A stretch of DNA of 62,375 nt from Octopus bimaculoides (taxonomy: Eukaryota). The notes under the pieces were generated by a model. That model made no database searches and was not told the DNA's origin. It saw only the letters and a list, made by a program, of their open reading frames with translations. The stretch lies in the NCBI RefSeq assembly GCF_001194135.2, contig NC_068993.1:24162578-24224952 (forward strand), in the 5' to 3' direction. Below, piece after piece: positions 38,291 to 51,101 of the stretch (the first letter of the stretch is position 1; each line of letters opens with the position of its first letter). Position numbers and translations under genes: made by a program.

Positions 38291-38458
38291 AGAAATAGTA
38301 GAGGAATGGATTATTACATCTATAAGAGGAGAGTACTGCTGGAATAATGTTCCACTCCAAGTACTGTTTCTTATTTGTTCTTTTTTCAGCACATCACTCT
38401 CACTTCCTACTACAACTCTCCTCTTATAGATGTAATAATCCATTCCTCTACTATTACC

Positions 38459-38507
38459 GTCTCCGATGAAGGGATACATTGGATTTTCCCTGAAACAGCT
38501 GTAAGAC
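38459..38507 (+). ncRNA. Hammerhead motif, right-arm copy
   Basis: GTCT-CCGATGA-AGGGA-tacattggattt-TCCCT-GAAA-CAGCTG-T-A-AGAC; palindromic ACAGCTGT stem III, GUA triplet; U4C core variant. Confidence 0.7.
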
Positions 38508-38791
38508 TTTATCCATAAAATATATTTCTAACTTTGCCATTGGTCTCTTTATCCTTTTCTCTCTTTATACATATATTTATATATATATATATTGTATATC
38601 ATAATATAGGTGGCCCGTTAGTAATTCAAACCTAAAGGCAAATTTATAAACAAAGGTAAAATATAATGCCTGCATTGCTAGAAACAAGAGTAAAAAACGA
38701 CTCAAAAGCCACAAAAAGCACTAAATCAATACGTTGACGGAAGAGAGGAAGCAAGAAAGCTCCTTACCATAGTGACACAAATTGACAAATG

Positions 38792-38874
38792 AAGTACTAG
38801 ATATATCCATATCACGGGATTTCGAACTTTGATCAATTTAATCTTAGTTCTCGTCAGTGGATCTCACTGTACTT
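38792..38874 (-). ncRNA. Complete type I hammerhead ribozyme with bulged stem I
   Basis: AAGTAC-agtgag-ATCCA-CTGACGA-GAACT..AGTTC-GAAA-TC-CCGT-GA-T-A-TGGAT-atatcta-GTACTT: all core nucleotides and three stems present, AUA triplet. Confidence 0.85.
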
Positions 38875-39543
38875 GAAAATTACTTTTCGCTAAATAAAAA
38901 CTACTTTTCCTATTATGTCTCTCCTTAATGCTGAGTGTATGACGATTTTGTACGGCTACACATATTTGGTCATACACAGCTCCTGACTTGAAACAAATAT
39001 GATTTATATAAAACAGAAGATTTAAAGGATTCGGTACATGTGGAATGAAAATGAATACTGACGAATATTTGATAGATTCTTAGAAACAATAATTTAGTTT
39101 AATATACAATAGTAGAGAATAAAAACTTCCTGTAATTAGATTCTCATATTATTACTATGATGCTGTCGTCCTTACAGCCATCTATGGACAGGATCATTTA
39201 TGTGTTAAGATCCCTCACTTAAGACGCCATAAAGTATTAGAGACGATACTGGTCGCGTCTATTTCATATAATTTAATTTCATATTGTACTATCTTAAACG
39301 ACATTTATTGAAAAAAATTAGAATTTAATTAAATTAATGAAGAAATTTATATGCAGCTGCACTTTGTGTCAAGAAGACAATCCGTTACCATGTTCCTAGT
39401 GCGAGAATGACAATATTTAGCTTGAAGTGATCTCTAGCAGATTCAGAAAATATATTCTAGACATGAAGGTAAAATTTCTGAAATTAATTTAGTTTTGAAA
39501 AGTATGAGATTAAAGAGAACTATGCTATTATGAGAGAAACTAC

Positions 39544-39583
39544 CTATCACGAAATACAGAACTATTGAGAGTAGAAATCCCAT
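39544..39583 (-). CDS. Candidate first coding exon (signal-peptide-like)
   Basis: ATG GGA TTT CTA..: MGFLLSIVLYFVI then G|gtagtt phase-1 donor. Confidence 0.25.
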
Positions 39584-41499
39584 ACGATCAATTTTAAAGT
39601 ATAGATACAGAAGTGACGCAGTAGGATCGCAGGTAGGCAGGTATAGAAGGTAGAGAGACACACCGGAGTAGCTAGCTACGATAGTACATATTTATCAAAT
39701 TCCTTCTAATGCTTAGAATTTTTCCAAGAATTATTTAATAAATATCGTAATCTAGCTGATATAATTAGCAGTGGAGCTAGAGGTTTGAAAACATAGTCTC
39801 TACTATAGAGTTGTGGTTATTACTTGTTATAATAAGAAATGAATTCTCTCCCAGAAGAAAGATATACTACGGTATTTGTGCACGAAGTGCGATGCAGTAA
39901 GTAGCGAAACACGGGTTTTGAATGTGGAGCATGTGAAGGCAATAAAGAACTGAACTGAACATGCTGCGCTGTAAGTATACTAATAGTGTGCGTGAACGAG
40001 AGAAAATACATCTATGAGAGAAAAGCTGATTATACAAGACAAAAATCTTGTGTACTACAGAGAGGTTTGTGTGGTTGTGAGCATGGAATATGTTTAACAG
40101 TGGGTGAGATCATGGAATGTGTTTAAATAGTCACGTAAAGTGCAATGCTCTCAAAATTGCCAAAACTTGTACAAATGAGAAGATTAAATAAGCAAGAAAA
40201 GGAGTGGTAAAAGTGATTTCAAGAATCTGAACGATACAATGTGGATCAAAATCAAATCTGAACTGTAGTGCTCAGTGGATTTCGAGAAGACCCACTCACC
40301 CACGCAATCATGGAAGAATGATAGTAATAAACAGCGGGGAGTGACGCGAATAAGATGTTCAACCTGCATCATCTGTGAAAGCGTACGAAAAAGATGATGA
40401 TGTTGATCATCATCGTGTTCATAATGATTAAGATGATTAGGAGGAAGAGGTTGTAAATAGATGTAAGTAGAGAAAACTATAGTGATGTTTCAAATTACAG
40501 ACTTTTGGGTTAAAACTCAAAAGCCTGCACATAACTAAAATATATGATATTTAAATTTAACTAAATTATGAAAATTTTTTAAATAGTTCAGTTGTTTTAT
40601 AGAAAAGTAAGGAAAACCTAATCAAAATATAAAAAAAGAGAAACTATTTATTATAACACTTTATCCAATGATAGATTGTCTTGAAAAGAAAATATATACT
40701 AACATTTTCTTACTAGAGAAAGCAAATCATCTTCTATTTTCTACTTGATTGATTAGTGAAGATTGAGAAAATCTATTAAGGCAGTAAACTGTCTGAAAAG
40801 CAGCATTTACAGAAGACTAGTGTCTTCTATTAGTTCTGTATATATTCAGGCAAAATATGGGTTTAGTATGTATAAGACGTGTCATGACTAGCTGATGTGC
40901 CACAGAAAAGATATATATGTCGTGGCAACATATCTTTCTTCCTTTCTTGTCGAAGTGTAAGAAGTTAGTTACGTTTTCTATTTCCTATTTTTAGCTACAA
41001 ATTTCAGCAATCTTGTTCTCAAATCGCAAACAAATTAAGCAATCTTGTCGCGTTGGTAATGGTGGCTTCCTATGAGATTTACAAATAGCCAATATATTTC
41101 TTCTTTGCCTTTCTCTTGCTTTCTCATGTTCCCCCCCTTTTTCGCCATTTTTCTCTCTTTCTCTCTCTCCCCCCCCTCTCTCTCTCTCTCTCTTTCTCTT
41201 GCTCCCCCTCTCTCTACCTCTATTGCAGATAACTTCTCTATTGCAGATAACTGACATAGGTCGTTCAATTGCATGTGCTTGTAGAGTTATACTTCCAATA
41301 CACAAAATTACTATTCAACGAAATCCCTATCTCAAGCCAATCATTAACGCCATTGCTAAATCCAACTCTCAAATTGTCTTTTAAAAAGAGTTAAGCCAGC
41401 ACTTGTATACCTACTTTATCACAGCCACTTTCACCTCACCTCTGTTATCAAATTGTTGTCCTCGAAGATTGACAAAATTCTTTAGACCAAACAGTTGGA

Positions 41500-42270
41500 A
41501 ACAGGAAGGTACCATGTCCGGGAAGTAGTGTTTATATGGGTCGTTAAACATCCGAATTTGGCAATTGCCTGATTTACCTTACCAAAGACGTGCGTACAAT
41601 TGTAATTGTCGAGGGTTAATGTGGATTAGATTCTTCTTCGGTCTCTTTTTTCTAATGATCCCTCTGAATATTTTGAGTGCCTCAATGTATCACTCGCTAA
41701 TCACGGTACAGTTAGGTTTTAGAAAACGAAGGACAATGAAGCTTTTTTCATTACGCAAGTCAGTTGTCATGACTTCCTGTGCTGATCGCTGGCTCTTGAA
41801 CTTTTTGAGCCTTGGAGAGGACGTGAAGCGCCAATTCATGGACTGAGTCATCCTCTACGGATAGCAAAGATGCTGTCACCTCTCATACCCTCTTTTCCAG
41901 CAGATCAAATTAGACATCCACACTTCTCTACTTCAAACTGGGCGTCAACTGCTGAGGTACCCGCATTGCAAACACATTTTGATACCTAGTGCCTTCTCCG
42001 ATTTTCTGTAATGCACTGTGCTTACAATCCATTTGTGAGTCCTAGTTCATTGATAATGATATCTGTCGGAGGAAATGAAATTGTACACTCGCTGGTAATT
42101 CCTATAAATGATCGCCTTTGAAACTTTCCCACGTCATGGTTTGTCCTCGATTCTTCCTCTTTTAAAATTCTTCATTCGTTTGCGCATATTCATGATGACC
42201 GCGTTGTCTCTATAAACTATTTGTAATCTTCTACGGATGTTAAACAGTCTGCATTCCTCCTTAATCAAGA
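41500..42270 (-). pseudogene. mariner transposase relic
   Basis: RVPQQLT (WVPR.LT motif), KKFKSQRSAQEVMT, FLKPNCTVISE*YIEALKIFRGIIRKKRP. Confidence 0.8.
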
Positions 42271-43389
42271 ACTCAATGAGATCGCATTGCTTCTACTTGA
42301 ATCACGTTCGTTACTTGCAATAGAGAAGATGAAGGTGAAAATTTACCCTACACAAGATTTTCAAGTTTTTGTCTCCCAACTCGCGCAATTTGAATTACAC
42401 ATTTTAGTCAATAGCAACCAGTTATGTTCTCTTTCGGATTACTTTTACACATACAACCCCATCACACGCACACATATAAATATGCTTATAATATTGAAAT
42501 GTATGTATTTTTCTCAGTTCTCTATTACGTTGTATTCACCATAAAATAGATATTCCCTAACATACGAAGTTGTATGTATACATACATTTACTGCGGTTGT
42601 TATCCATATGCAAGCCTAGACTGGGTGATAACAAGCTACAACCAGTTATTATTATGGAAAGAAACGTCTAAGAAGCTACGTAGATTAGTGACTCTTAGGA
42701 CAATGGCTTATAATTTCAGGAAGTGGATTAAATGAAGTTTATGACCAATGAACGACTTAGATCCGGATTAGACACACTCCCCTAATCACATTATTTCCAA
42801 TCATTGACGGCGTCGTCATTGGTAGAAAAGCGGGCACTATTATAAATATATGTTAAACTAGTATAAATATATGTGGAACAACAGCCCGATGACTGATCCC
42901 CTAAGAAAGGCATGTTAGGCCCTGGAGTCGCTTCAAAAATCTTAAAATTTATTTTCTCAAACCCTGTTTTGCACGCATCATCATTTATCAACGCTTTTTA
43001 AGTGGTACTACTATCAAGTTCATAGAAGACACAGCATTTTGACCTCACCTGTTCCATATTATCCTCAGAGAGGTCACAGAAAAGACCAGAAAGCATTTAA
43101 TGGGTACCGAGACATATTCCTCAAAGCAGTACCAAACAAACTGCTGGTAACAAGAGGCAAATTAGCTCACAACTCCCTACTCGAGAGGGTATGTGATGTA
43201 AAAATATGATTTTAATAAGAAATCAAGATGTTGCTATAAAGGGGAGAAATGGAATGGGCGAATAATTGCCCAAAATTACTTATGTATATGCGCGCGCGTC
43301 TGTGTGTGTGTGTGAGTGTGTATGTGTGTGTGTGTGTGTATGTGTGTGTGTGTGTGTGTGTGTGTAATATTTTGTTCGACTCTTCGTCT

Positions 43390-43641
43390 TCGTCCACTAT
43401 CCTAAATCACACTCTGTGTTGTTCTACTTGTTTTGCTTTGTTTTGTCTTGTTTTGTCTGCTCTTGATCCTAATTTTCCGCAAGAAATTTTTTGTGGGCAC
43501 CGCCAGTTGGGAAGCACTCAGCCTTATTGCTAAAGTTGCAACCAATTGGTCGATAAGTGATGAAGAATTCGGGCCTTCTGTTCGTCTCCCGTTCGTTTTT
43601 ACATTCATTATACGTTACGTCGTTTGTTTACGCATTTTTCA

Positions 43642-43689
<48 letters not shown>

Positions 43690-43976
43690 NNNNNNNNNNN
43701 NNNNNNNNNNNNNNNNNNNNNNNNNNNNNNNNNNNNNNNNNNNNNNNNNNNNNNNNNNNNNNNNNNNNNNNNNNNNNNNNNNNNNNNNNNNNNNNNNNNN
43801 NNNNNNNNNNNNNNNNNNNNNNNNNNNNNNNNNNNNNNNNNNNNNNNNNNNNNNNNNNNNNNNNNNNNNNNNNNNNNNNNNNNNNNNNNNNNNNNNNNNN
43901 NNNNNNNNNNNNNNNNNNNNNNNNNNNNNNNNNNNNNNNNNNNNNNNNNNNNNNNNNNNNNNNNNNNNNNNNNNNN

Positions 43977-44023
<47 letters not shown>

Positions 44024-44628
44024 CTTCATTCTTTCCGCTTATGTTTCTCGCACCCTCTCACTTCTATTCTAGCCTTTCTATTTACTCCATTTCTTTCTCT
44101 CTCTCTTCTACTCCCAGCCTTTCTCCTTTCCCTTCATCCCCTTCCCTTTTTCTCTGTCGTTCCCTCTCCCTACTACCATTGTCCTCTGTCTGCTGCTGTC
44201 ACGTGACCAGCGCCCAGTTCCTCTTTTTCTTCCTTTCTTTAATTGGTCCCTTAGCTGAACAGTCGCAAATTTTTTGTCTCTCTGTTCTCTATCCTTCAAG
44301 ACATTTTCCAAGCGTTATCCACTATTCTTGTCTCCTTGACCCAAAGCCGAATTCTTTTCGACTGTTCCTTCTCGTCCACTGTCCTAAATCATACTCTGTC
44401 GTTTTACTAGTTTTGCTTTGATTTGTTTTGTTTTCTTTGCTCTTGTCCCTAATTCTGTGCAATTTTTTTTCGCGGGCTCCGCCAGTTGGGGAGCACTTAT
44501 CGATAATGTGCGAAACTGAACAGTACCAATTGGTCGATAACTGATGAAGAATTACGGAACCTCTGTTCGTTTCCCGTTCGTTTTTACATGCAGTATATTT
44601 TACGCCGTTTGTTTATACACTTTTTCAT
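43390..44628 (+). mobile_element. Pair of about 255-bp direct repeats (43390-43643, 44372-44628) with decayed hammerhead motifs
   Basis: Both copies share tcgtccact.tcctaaatca..ccgccagttggg.agcact..accaattggtcgataa.tgatgaagaatt..ctgttcgt.tcccgttcgtttttacat. Confidence 0.75.
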
Positions 44629-45965
44629 TTATATACATGTACACACACACACACACACACACACACAGACGCGCACACACACACGCGTACACACNNNNNN
44701 NNNNNNNNNNNNNNNNNNNNNNNNNNNNNNNNNNNNNNNNNNNNNNNNNNNNNNNNNNNNNNNNNNNNNNNNNNNNNNNNNNNNNNATATATATACATAT
44801 ATATATATATACATACATACATAAATATATAGATTCTACCGATAACGTATTATGTTTTCTTTAAAAGAATATTAGGTAGATATTAGGTAGATATACACTT
44901 TTCTATATGTCCAAAATAAATAAAACGAAGTGCATTAGCGGAACATGTGGCAGTTCAAAGACAGACACAACATACAAGTCAGAATGGATTCCACACAAAA
45001 GAGTGCAGCTATTGTGCTGCCAAGAAAATCATGGAGTCCTGATATCAGACTAATCAGTACAGAAGAGAAAAGTTATGTAATAATCAAATGTAATCATAGG
45101 CTTCTTTGAACATTTACAAACTACAAGAAAAGTCAATATAAGAAAAGTTAGATTTTAATATTTTAAACAATAAGGTGTCGTATCGCTTTGATTGTGCTTG
45201 TAACATTTTCTAATGATGGTAACTTAATTTTTTAATCTCCGCAAACATTTCAACACTGCAGTTATGTATTACTCAATGCCAGATTCTTGATTCACATTAA
45301 CAATATCGATTGTGCTTCGAGGTTTTGTTAAATAGGAAATCAACAGTATGATTTCTTATGGTTTTGAATTACATCTGTTTGATGTAATTTATTAGAAACT
45401 TATTTATTTTAATCACTTTATTCTAGTGTTCGCTTTTATAATTATAGTTATTATTGCATTGTATCCTGATTGTATCTATATGCTATGTATACCGGTATTT
45501 GCATATTAAATTTTATTTAAATCTATCTTAGCATTTGCGCATAGTGTGCTATGATATAACTTCAATATTTATCACGCTTTATTATCAGATACATTTTCAA
45601 AACACGTCAATACAATTATATAAGCTGTAAGTCGCGGTTAAACTAGTAGTATTAAATGTGAACTTGTATAATCTTTAAGCTCTGTACAAGTTTTAGTATG
45701 TGTGTTTGCCAGTATGCATGTGTATGTGCGGGTGCGCGTGCATTTGTGCATGTGTGCATAGGAATTCCAATATAATCCTGTGTTTATTGCTATTTCTCGA
45801 ACACACACGCACACATATATAAATATATATACATATATGAGACGCCATAGAAGTTTAGAAACTTTGGGAGACACATAAAACGTATTTAATAGTGGAACTA
45901 GAAGGAAACAAATCTATAGATAATAGTTTCTACTATAGGCAATAGACCTGAATTTATGTGCAATG

Positions 45966-46116
45966 GGGGGGGGGCAGTCGTTTGATTATTTCGTCGATCC
46001 CAAAAGTATTAAAGCAAAGTTGCCCTTGGCAGGATTTGAAATTAGAAGTAAAGAAGGACGAAATGCTGCTAAACGTTTGGTCCCGCGTGCTAACGATTCT
46101 GTTGTTTTGCCGCCTA
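45966..46116 (-). mobile_element. tRNA-head SINE 5' part
   Basis: Reverse complement aggcggc..cagaatcgttagcacgc..tttagcagcatttcgtc..ttcaaatcctgccaagg.caactttgc. Confidence 0.75.
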
Positions 46117-46169
46117 AGACAAAGCTATACATAAAGGCATGTAAATATTGGGTTATAAATATAAGCTCT

Positions 46170-46335
46170 GATCTTGGCTATGTGGTAAAAACTTTACTCA
46201 CCAACCACATCATTGTCGGTTCAGTCCAACAGCGTGGTGCCGTGACGGTGCGTCTTCTACTATAGCCCCGGATCACCAAAGCCTTGTGAGTAGATTTCGT
46301 TAGCAGAAACCGAAAGAAGCTTTTCGTACATACAT
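46170..46335 (+). mobile_element. tRNA-head SINE (abundant octopus type)
   Basis: ggctatgtggtaa..accaaccacat..ggttcagtcc..gtcttctactatagcc..accaaagccttgtgagt.gattt..gaaaccgaaagaagc. Confidence 0.8.
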
Positions 46336-47962
46336 ATTTGTATGTACATCTACATGTGTGTGTGTCCTTGCATATATATTTATCCCCCCCACCAGCGCTT
46401 GGACATCGGTGTTTATTTACGTTCCCGTAACTTAATTGTTTTGCAGATTAAAAGAAATATACTGTTGTCGATTAGACGTAGTAAATCCTTCAATTCGGTG
46501 CCCAGGAATAGCCCAAAACGTAAAAAATATTAAAAAAATGAAAATACAGAAAGTCAAAGATTGTCCTTAAGTGTAGAATGCATATCATTATAGACGATCT
46601 ACCATGGGACTTTCGAAATTCTTCATCTGTTTTAGAAGTTTCTCATTTTCTATTCAGTGGGTATCATATGTTGATTACCTCATATATATTTAGAAACTTT
46701 GTGAGACAAGAGATAAAACGTTCTAAGCGGTTGACTCGAAATAGATAGGTTTCTAAACAATGGTGTGTAAATATTGAGTTAAAGATAAACCCTGGCTAGA
46801 AAATGAAGAGGCTGCAGACGGGATACGAACCGACATCTTTATAAAACTTTATTGTCTAAATTTACATGATGTAAACATGTAGAACTCGCTGATAAAAACA
46901 AAGATTCTAAAGTGAAGAGAAAAATTCGAAGTACTACTTTTGTGAAATGTCAGAATGACCGTCGAGTTTACTAAAAATGTGGGTTAGAGTCCCGTGTGAC
47001 ACGTTCAGTTTTCTATCCAATGTCTAACGTTGTCTAACTTGATTTTATCCGTTAAAAAGATGCACTCACACACACACAAACACACATACACACACGCACA
47101 CACATACGTATCATGAGTGTGCTTGTATGTGCATAGTTGTGCGTGTATAAAGATACATGTACATATTAGGTCACTGAATTTATGGGAAATAAAATCCAAA
47201 TAACATTCCATACATACTTCAAGCCCGAGGTTAGCACTGTTATCACAGAGTTAAAAAGTAAGGAAAGTAATGACGATGTAGCGTTATGACATTCTATAAT
47301 GAGTGACACTCATTGAATAATCTGTAGAATGTGTTATCAAAATTATGTAAAGCCATGCGATATTAAATGACACTTCTACTGATTGCAAAGTCTCAAAACT
47401 GATCGAAAATATAACACTGTAAAAGAATACTAGTATATTTTTCGGGTGTTCCATTTGTAACTAGTCGCAAGAAATAGGAACTCTCATTTAATATTCTATA
47501 AGATTATATAATTACGTACATATCTATGTACTTTGAATCCATATGTATCTCCGTTTGCATATGTATTGTGTATTCATCTTGTAGAATTTGAAACTTAAAA
47601 TACGTGAGAAACTACTAGTATTTAGAAGCTCATGCGTATTACCCTTTAAGATTTTGTTCTTGTTTGATTTGCAATTAATCCGAAGTCTGAGGATTTCAAA
47701 ATGATGCGGAAAATGAAAGATGTTTTATAATATATATAGCAACACCATCTTATAAGAAATGATTGCGAGCTATGTAATATAAATTGCATGATCACGATGT
47801 GAGTTCGCGTATAATAGTCGCACGCCTCTGACAATTTAAGAATATGACCTGATTATGTCACTTTCATTATGTAATTGAAAAAGTGTTTGTATATAACGAA
47901 ACGTACGTAAGATGGTGTGAGTATTTTACTAACAATCTATTGTGTTGTATTTGCTGTACTGT

Positions 47963-48030
47963 GTGTGTATGCGTGTGTATTCGCGCGCGCATATGTGTAT
48001 GCGTGTGTATTCGCGCGCGCATATGTGTAT
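47963..48030. repeat. 30-bp tandem duplication
   Basis: tgtgtatgcgtgtgtattcgcgcgcgcata repeated twice. Confidence 0.9.
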
Positions 48031-49554
48031 GTGTGTATGTGTGCGTTTGATTGTTTGATTGTTACTAACTGGACAAAATGAACTGAATGTAAATGCGAAA
48101 GTATATGCATATTGTCGCGGTGAAGTTAGAATTGCTTTAAGCACACCATATAACCCTCTCATAACTAGAGTCTTATGTCACTGTCGCAAATCTCTACACG
48201 CTGGTCGAACAATGACTAAGTGGCCAATAATATACATACACAACACACATACTTATACATGTATATGAAAGGAGAAACAGGGAACAGAGTGAGAGACGAG
48301 AAGAAAATAATACGTGGCGAAAGAGAAAAGATTTGAGATGCATATTTGTCTTGCTGAGTTAGGGATAGATCTTCAGAAATCCTATAATAGAAATATTAAT
48401 CCACATATGGTAGAGCGAGATCCCCATTTCTTTCTTTCTCGAAACAAGTATTTGTCATCCTTTTTCACATCTCTCTTACTATATCACTTTAGTAACATAT
48501 CCTGCACTCCATGTTTCCTTTTTAAATTTCTCTATATGACTACTGTTTTTCAGGCATTGTGCCGTTCTCGTAACGATGTATTCCGAAATTCCATCCATTC
48601 TTTGATATTTAAGTATGAAAATTGACATTACATTATCTGTGCCCTTACTAGAAAAGGGTATATGGATTTTTTCGAACTGATTATAAAATAAATTTAATGT
48701 AATATGAATTATAAATTCCCTAGTAAATTAATGCATTGATGTTCAGTTCGATATCCTCATAAAATCACTGACATTGGTGCTAACCTATGTACAATGATTC
48801 GATCTACTAGCAGCGCGTAGTTATATATCAATATTCTTGACAGGATAGTAAATATGATTTTCATGTTGATGTATTTTTACGTTTCAACATGAACTGAATC
48901 TAATTAATAAGTCATAAATTTGTGTTTGAGTGGAAGTCACAAATATGCTTCTTTTCAGAGATTTAACTACATTTATTTTTGGAATACAGTGCTAGTAAAA
49001 CTTGCCAAAACAATCATATTTGTCGCAAACATTTTTATGGATTCATTTTTGCGTCGTAGAATTCTAGTGGTTTCCGCAAATTCCTGAGTTTACAATGTTG
49101 CAATATTAGACATATCTATTAAGGATCGTGATAAAATGGTATCAAAATCATTTGAAGGAAATTGAATCATGTATATATCAGTCTCTGAGCCACATTATAC
49201 ACTGAAATAAATTAGGTATTGCATGGAAGGATGCTTTAGGTCAGTAAACGTAAAGGAAATGAATGTTATGTACGCTGGCGAAGAATCAAATAAATATCTT
49301 ATTACTCGGCTTTCTCTGAAATTGAGTGCCATTTTCTACCTGGTTTTGCCGAACTTTCACAATAGACATTCGATTCGCTGGAAACTGAACTCAGCGCAAT
49401 GTTAAGACTACTTACCTTTTTATATAAAATACGGCATTACATTTAACTTTTATATTTCTTTAGATGCCTGTGCAGTTTAGTAATCGCTTGTTTCAGCGTT
49501 AGTTTGCACTGCGTATTATATCACTAACATATACAGTGTATTTTAAAGCAACCT

Positions 49555-49589
<35 letters not shown>

Positions 49590-49942
49590 ATACACACACA
49601 CGTACACACACAAACAATAACACGCCCACATCCATGCACTTATAAACTGGCATATCCACACACCTGCTCAAACTCTCCGGCTTTGTTATACACCAAGATG
49701 CTTCCTGTCCATCCACGCGGTCCAATAAATTGCTTTCTTTAACGCATCTGGTGTCGCTGCATGCCGGTTTCATCTCTATCAACACCATGTGAACTTCCTT
49801 AACCACTCCCAAAGAATTTTCCAGTAGCTATCTTTGGCTTCCTGTGTTTCTTCATTCAGTAATCTAAACCTGAACGAGCCGAGTTTCAGTTAGAAGCCTG
49901 CTAAGTCGCATGGAGCCGAATCAAACTGAATCAAGACATAAT

Positions 49943-50047
<105 letters not shown>

Positions 50048-50606
50048 AAATGCCCTGATGAAGTACCAAGCAGTAGTTTTCGTGGCTTCTCATTTTAACT
50101 GATTGGAAGTGTTATCATGTACATTGTTTTGTCTTGGTATAAAAGATGGGCTACAGCAAATATTCTGTTCAATACTACAAATTTACTTGTCAGTTGTTTG
50201 ACCTTAACGAGCTGAGCATGTCCTTTAGTGGCTAACGATATGCGCATCTCTGATCACGAGCAGAAGTAGTGGGGAGGCATCATAGCCATGTGTTGAGAGG
50301 AATTCGATGGGGCTTGGATAATTCACCTCTGGAAACATGTGTGTTTCGTTCATCTTCCTTAAACAAGCCTTATTCAGGGTCCTTTTGAGCAGGATGGACT
50401 ACTCAACCTGAAGAAAATTCAAACTAGGCCCCACCTGCAAGGTCATGCGCAGTTAATCTTGACATGAGATCACCATATCGTGCACATATGGTCGTGATGC
50501 ATGTGCCTGGCGTACACTTATCATACATGTAGTCATGATGAGTATATTGGGCTTCGTATATTTTACCCCAGTGTCACTTTGATGGCATGCACTGCTCTCC
50601 CACTCC
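50048..50606 (+). mobile_element. About 560-bp non-coding interspersed element bounded by (TAA)n on both sides
   Basis: aaatgccctgatg...gatggcatgcactgctctcccactc; sharp boundaries against AAT repeats; no ORF; resembles a recalled abundant octopus repeat. Confidence 0.7.
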
Positions 50607-50607
50607 A

Positions 50608-50693
<86 letters not shown>

Positions 50694-50711
50694 GCAACAA
50701 TAATAATAATA

Positions 50712-51033
50712 ATAGCCTTTATCTGACATGCTAAACAGAACTGGAAGCGGATACAACTGTTACGGCAAAACGATCAGCCACCTCATATATATGGATGACC
50801 TAAAACTGTACGCTACAAATGATAAACAGCTGGAAACATTACTACAGACAGTACATGGCTTTACCAAAGAAATAAACATGAAATTTGGCTTAGAAAAATG
50901 TGCCAAAGCAACCTTGAAAAGAGGAAAACTGGCTAAGAGCAGAAACACCACACTAGATAAAGCAAATGAAATAAGAGAATTAGACCAAAGCAAAACATAC
51001 AAATATTTAGGAATCAGTGAATACAACACAGAC
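50712..51033 (+). mobile_element. R4/Dong-like LINE RT fragment, 5'-truncated at (TAA)n
   Basis: ISHLIYMDDLKLYA..I.MKFGLEKCAK..YKYLGI; begins directly after taataataat; cut by a gap. Confidence 0.85.
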
Positions 51034-51043
51034 NNNNNNNNNN

Positions 51044-51101
<58 letters not shown>

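Larger units (their letters stand above)
38176..38573. repeat. 159-bp inverted repeat (3 mismatches) with 80-bp spacer; Penelope-type terminal repeats
   Basis: 38176-38334 is the reverse complement of 38415-38573. Confidence 0.95.

Noticed and set aside
43052-43160. Exon-like segment with splice signals on both strands (RGHRKDQKAFNGYRDIFLKAVPNKLL on +; QFVWYCFEEYVSVPIKC on -)
   Set aside because: Equally plausible in both orientations, no recognisable homology, cannot be tied to a model
44940-45130. CSYCAAKK motif suggestive of a piggyBac cysteine-rich tail
   Set aside because: Single short motif with stops on both sides; not enough support
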